Shown here: piece after piece, positions 61,091 through 64,000 of the stretch | Position numbering within the stretch: the first letter of the stretch is position 1 | How the letters are laid out: each line of letters opens with the position of its first letter | Assembly: GCA_963667175.2 (NCBI GenBank) | Contig: CAXXXF010000016.1 | Location: 434,256-498,255 of the forward strand | DNA length: 64,000 nucleotides | Origin: Candidatus Latescibacterota bacterium | Lineage (GTDB): Bacteria > Latescibacterota > UBA2968 > GCA-2709665 | Reading direction: 5' to 3' | Made by a program: the position numbers and the translations under genes | The notes under the pieces: model-generated | Databases searched by the model: none | Seen by the model: the letters and a program-made list of their open reading frames with translations, nothing else | What the model was told of the DNA's origin: nothing

Positions 61091-61616
61091 GCTGAGAACT
61101 CCCCGTGCCATTACACAATGATCGAATCGTGGGACAATCTAACCGGTAGGTGACTAACATTTACATTAATCGTAACGCAGGAGGGAAATTATCAGTGTTT
61201 ATCGCTGTGTAACAGGTTTCCGTACACAAGAGAGGCCAACTCGCAGGTAACGACAACGTCCTGGCCAAAGTGTGTCTGCGCCACAGCGCACGGAGAGCTC
61301 AGTGCACATGCTTAAAAACCAAGTTATCGTCCTCCGACGGGGACGCCAGAGGCTTTTTTCGGGGTTTGCATCTGACGCACCAAAGACTATTCATATTTTA
61401 CTCAGAAACGGTTCGCATTGCAAGTCGTTTATGTCTGTGGTACAACTTGTGTGCGCGTCAACCGGCGCCCGTACCTTCCAATTCTCCAAGTTGCCAAGCC
61501 GGTCGCCACCACGCCAATACTACCTGACGCTTACTACTCTCCCGCACTGTGCTATTGAACGTGTCGCACGGCCCGCTCCTGGCACTGAAGACGTACAAGC
61601 TGACTGCGGCCACGGC

Positions 61617-62588
61617 TCAATGCTCTGACGCGTCACGTTGTGTGCGCGATTGCGCATCGCTGGCTTGTTTCCTGTACTGCGCGGCCTTCATTCCATGTTC
61701 CGACATGCGAAGTTGAAAATACTGGCGCCCGATGCCGCTGTTTCGGGCCGCCCGCGACACGTTTCCACCGGCGCGAAGAAGGGCGCGGTGCAGATACTCC
61801 TCTGTGAATCGCTCCATACACACCCTCCGCGCGTCCTTGTACGGCAGGCTGTAGATGCCTCGGTCCGGTCCTATCTCGGCGTCCTGGACTTCGTACGGCA
61901 GGTCGTCGGGCGTGATCACGTCTCCGTCGGTCAGCGCCAGCGCGCCCGCGATGGTGTGCGCGAGTTCCCGGATATTCCCGGGCCAGTCATAGCCCTCCAG
62001 CAGGGCGCGTGTCTCGGAATCAATCCGGCAGGCGGCTCTTCCGGCGCCGCCGAATCGATTCAGAAAGTGGGCGACCAGAATGGGAATGTCGCTTCGACGT
62101 TCGCGCAGCGCGGGCAGGTGGAGATGAATCACCCGAAGACGGTAATACAGGTCGTTTCGAAACCGCCCCGCGTCAACCCCCTGCTTCAGGTCCCGGTTCG
62201 TCGCCGCGACCACGCGGACCCGCGCCCGTTTCCATCGGTGATCCCCAACCGTTCTGTATTCACCCTCCTGGATCAGGCGAAGCAGTTGCCGCTGCAGGGG
62301 CTCGTCGAGTTCACCCACTTCATCGAAAAAGAGCGTCCCGCCGCGAGCGACGCCCACCAGCCCCGGTCGGGACTCCGTGGCGCCCGTGAACGCGCCCCTG
62401 ACATGCCCGAACAGTTCGCTCCGGCCCATTTCCTTCGCCAGAATGCCGCAATCCACAACCACAAACGGCGCACCGGCTCGGGGGCTGCGGTCGTGCACTT
62501 CGCGGGCGATGAGCTCCTTCCCGGTCCCGGACTCGCCGGTGACCAGCACGGGAAGCTCGCTCTCTCCGGCCCGTCGCGCGGTGCGGAC
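61617..62588 (-). pseudogene. Sigma-54 enhancer-binding protein (AAA+ and HTH), N-terminus lost at the IS66 junction
   Basis: VLVTGESGTGKELIAR, SELFGH.RGAFTGA, GTLFFDEVGEL, YDWPGNIREL, GNVSRAAR; no start codon of its own before the IS66 sequence. Confidence 0.85.
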
Positions 62589-62617
62589 CGGGGTTGGCGG
62601 AGCTTGGCTTGCCGGCG

Positions 62618-64000
62618 TCAGGCGGGTGGCGGCAGCGCAAGCGCTTCGGGCACGACGGGTTCGCGGGCGCACAACATCGTGGTGATCAGAGCGCGGGGGT
62701 CGAGACGGCGTTGGCGGGCGGTGCGCACGACACTGGCCAGCACCTGCTGGGTGTCCGCGCCGCGCCGGGTGCGGTTGCCGCCGCAGACCTTGCGGGTGGC
62801 CACCGCAGGGCGGATGGCCTGCTCGGCCCGCCAGTTGGTGGCGTCGATCGACGGGTCGCACAAGAAGAGGAACACCGCCGGGAATTCGTTGGCCAGGTGC
62901 TTGGCGAAGCGCTCGGCCAACGCCAACGGGGGCGGGGTGTCGATCAGCCGGCCGAGCCGCGCGGCGAGCCGGCCGCGGGCCGACGCCAGACCGTGCTCGC
63001 TGATGTCGCCGGCATTGCAGCGGTCCCGCAAGGCGAGACCGTCCTGCAGGACCGCCTGCACCTTCCCCGCCCAGGGACTGTCGGGATGAGCGGCCTGCAA
63101 GTCCTTGCAGCGGCGCAGGAGGTGACCGACGCATGTCTGGGCCGGCGCGTTCTTGAAGCCCCGGTAGGCCACCCAGCCGTCCCGCACCAGCACGCCGGAG
63201 AAGTTGGGACCGAGGACCGCGGCCGCATGCTCGAACCCCCGCCCGTCGCAGATGGCGTAGACCGTCGTCTCCGGGGTGGTGAACACCCACAGCCAGTAGC
63301 GGAGCGCGTCCACCCGCCAGCCCGTTTCATCCGGCGTGACCACCGGACTGCGGCGGACCTGATCGCGCAGCGCCGCATACGCGGGCGCCGCCGCGGCGGC
63401 GGTACGGTGCAGCAGTTGGACCAGGGCGCCCTTGGTCACGGGCAGTCCGAACTCGTTCCGCAGAACGCGGGTCACCTTCTCCAGCGGCATGCCCAGCTCG
63501 GTGTGCAGCTCGACGACCAGCGCGGCGACGTTCGGACCCAGTTGGGCGGCGGCTGCGCCCAACGCATCCGAGGTCTGCAACGGGTGCCGGCCCTGCACGC
63601 GACGCCGACACTGCGAGCAGTGACCCACCTCGACGTCGAAGCGCCGCACGAGGGGGCGCACCGCCGGCAGGTCTTCCTGATACTGGGCCTCCATCCGGTC
63701 CAGCGCGACCGCGCCGCCGCAGTCGGGGCACATCGTCGGAACCGGCGCCGCATGCGTCTCGTCAACCCGCGTCGGCGGACGGCGGCATCCGTGCTTCCCG
63801 TACTCCGCGCCGGCTCGCCGTCCGGGAGGCCGTTTGCGTCCCTGCGGCTTGTCCTTGGCGAAGGGCGCCGCCTGTCGGCGCCCGGCGCGCTGCGCCGCCT
63901 CGAGCTCCTTCTCCAGATGCTCGCTGCGGCGCTTCCAGCGGTCCCGCTCCTCGATCAGCTTCGCCTTGTCTCGCTCGAGGCGGTCGATGCGCCGCACGTC
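62618..64000 (-). mobile_element. IS66-family transposase TnpC (start and left end outside window)
   Basis: Coiled coil, RQAAPF, CPDC...CSQC zinc finger, PDETGWRV, QTCVGHLLR, DATNWRAEQAIRPAV. Confidence 0.92.

Noticed and set aside
61617-63290. 557-aa ORF as a native gene
   Set aside because: Its N-terminal part is an off-frame reading of IS66 tnpC; only the C-terminal activator part is homologous to a real family

Overview
A high-GC bacterial chromosomal segment, probably from an uncultured lineage (Latescibacterota/Gemmatimonadota/Poribacteria-like by gene content; inference). About 1-49.6 kb is mostly core genome: a GldA/F/G-like ABC system; an ilvN-leuA-leuC-leuD-leuB-cimA cluster followed by an aminotransferase, argJ, a second aminotransferase and accA; comEC; a truA-htrA-pssA-tatA-gatA-gatB run; sugar-acid/amidohydrolase-type catabolic genes; a large polytopic membrane protein next to a 1511-aa M28-peptidase/FtsX fusion; a SpeD-SpeE fusion; and a 2-phosphoglycerate-kinase-like gene. 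About 49.7-64 kb is a variable region with IS630, IS1380, IS21 (remnant) and IS66 elements, AT-richer secreted or membrane proteins, a Panacea (DUF4065) antitoxin paired with a 2-TM protein, and a truncated sigma-54 activator. Best leads: (1) a 19-33 nt palindromic micro-element (CCTGCCTG...CAGGCAGG), five copies, inserted at CG^C (CG^T in one copy), four of them inside other mobile elements, frameshifting two transposases; (2) a promoter-driven, extensively base-paired ~440-nt non-coding RNA candidate between accA and comEC; (3) an unannotated 49-aa Leu-Leu-Leu leader peptide with alternative hairpins upstream of the leu operon. I saw no rRNA, tRNA or CRISPR array. All calls come from manual reading; no database searches were run.
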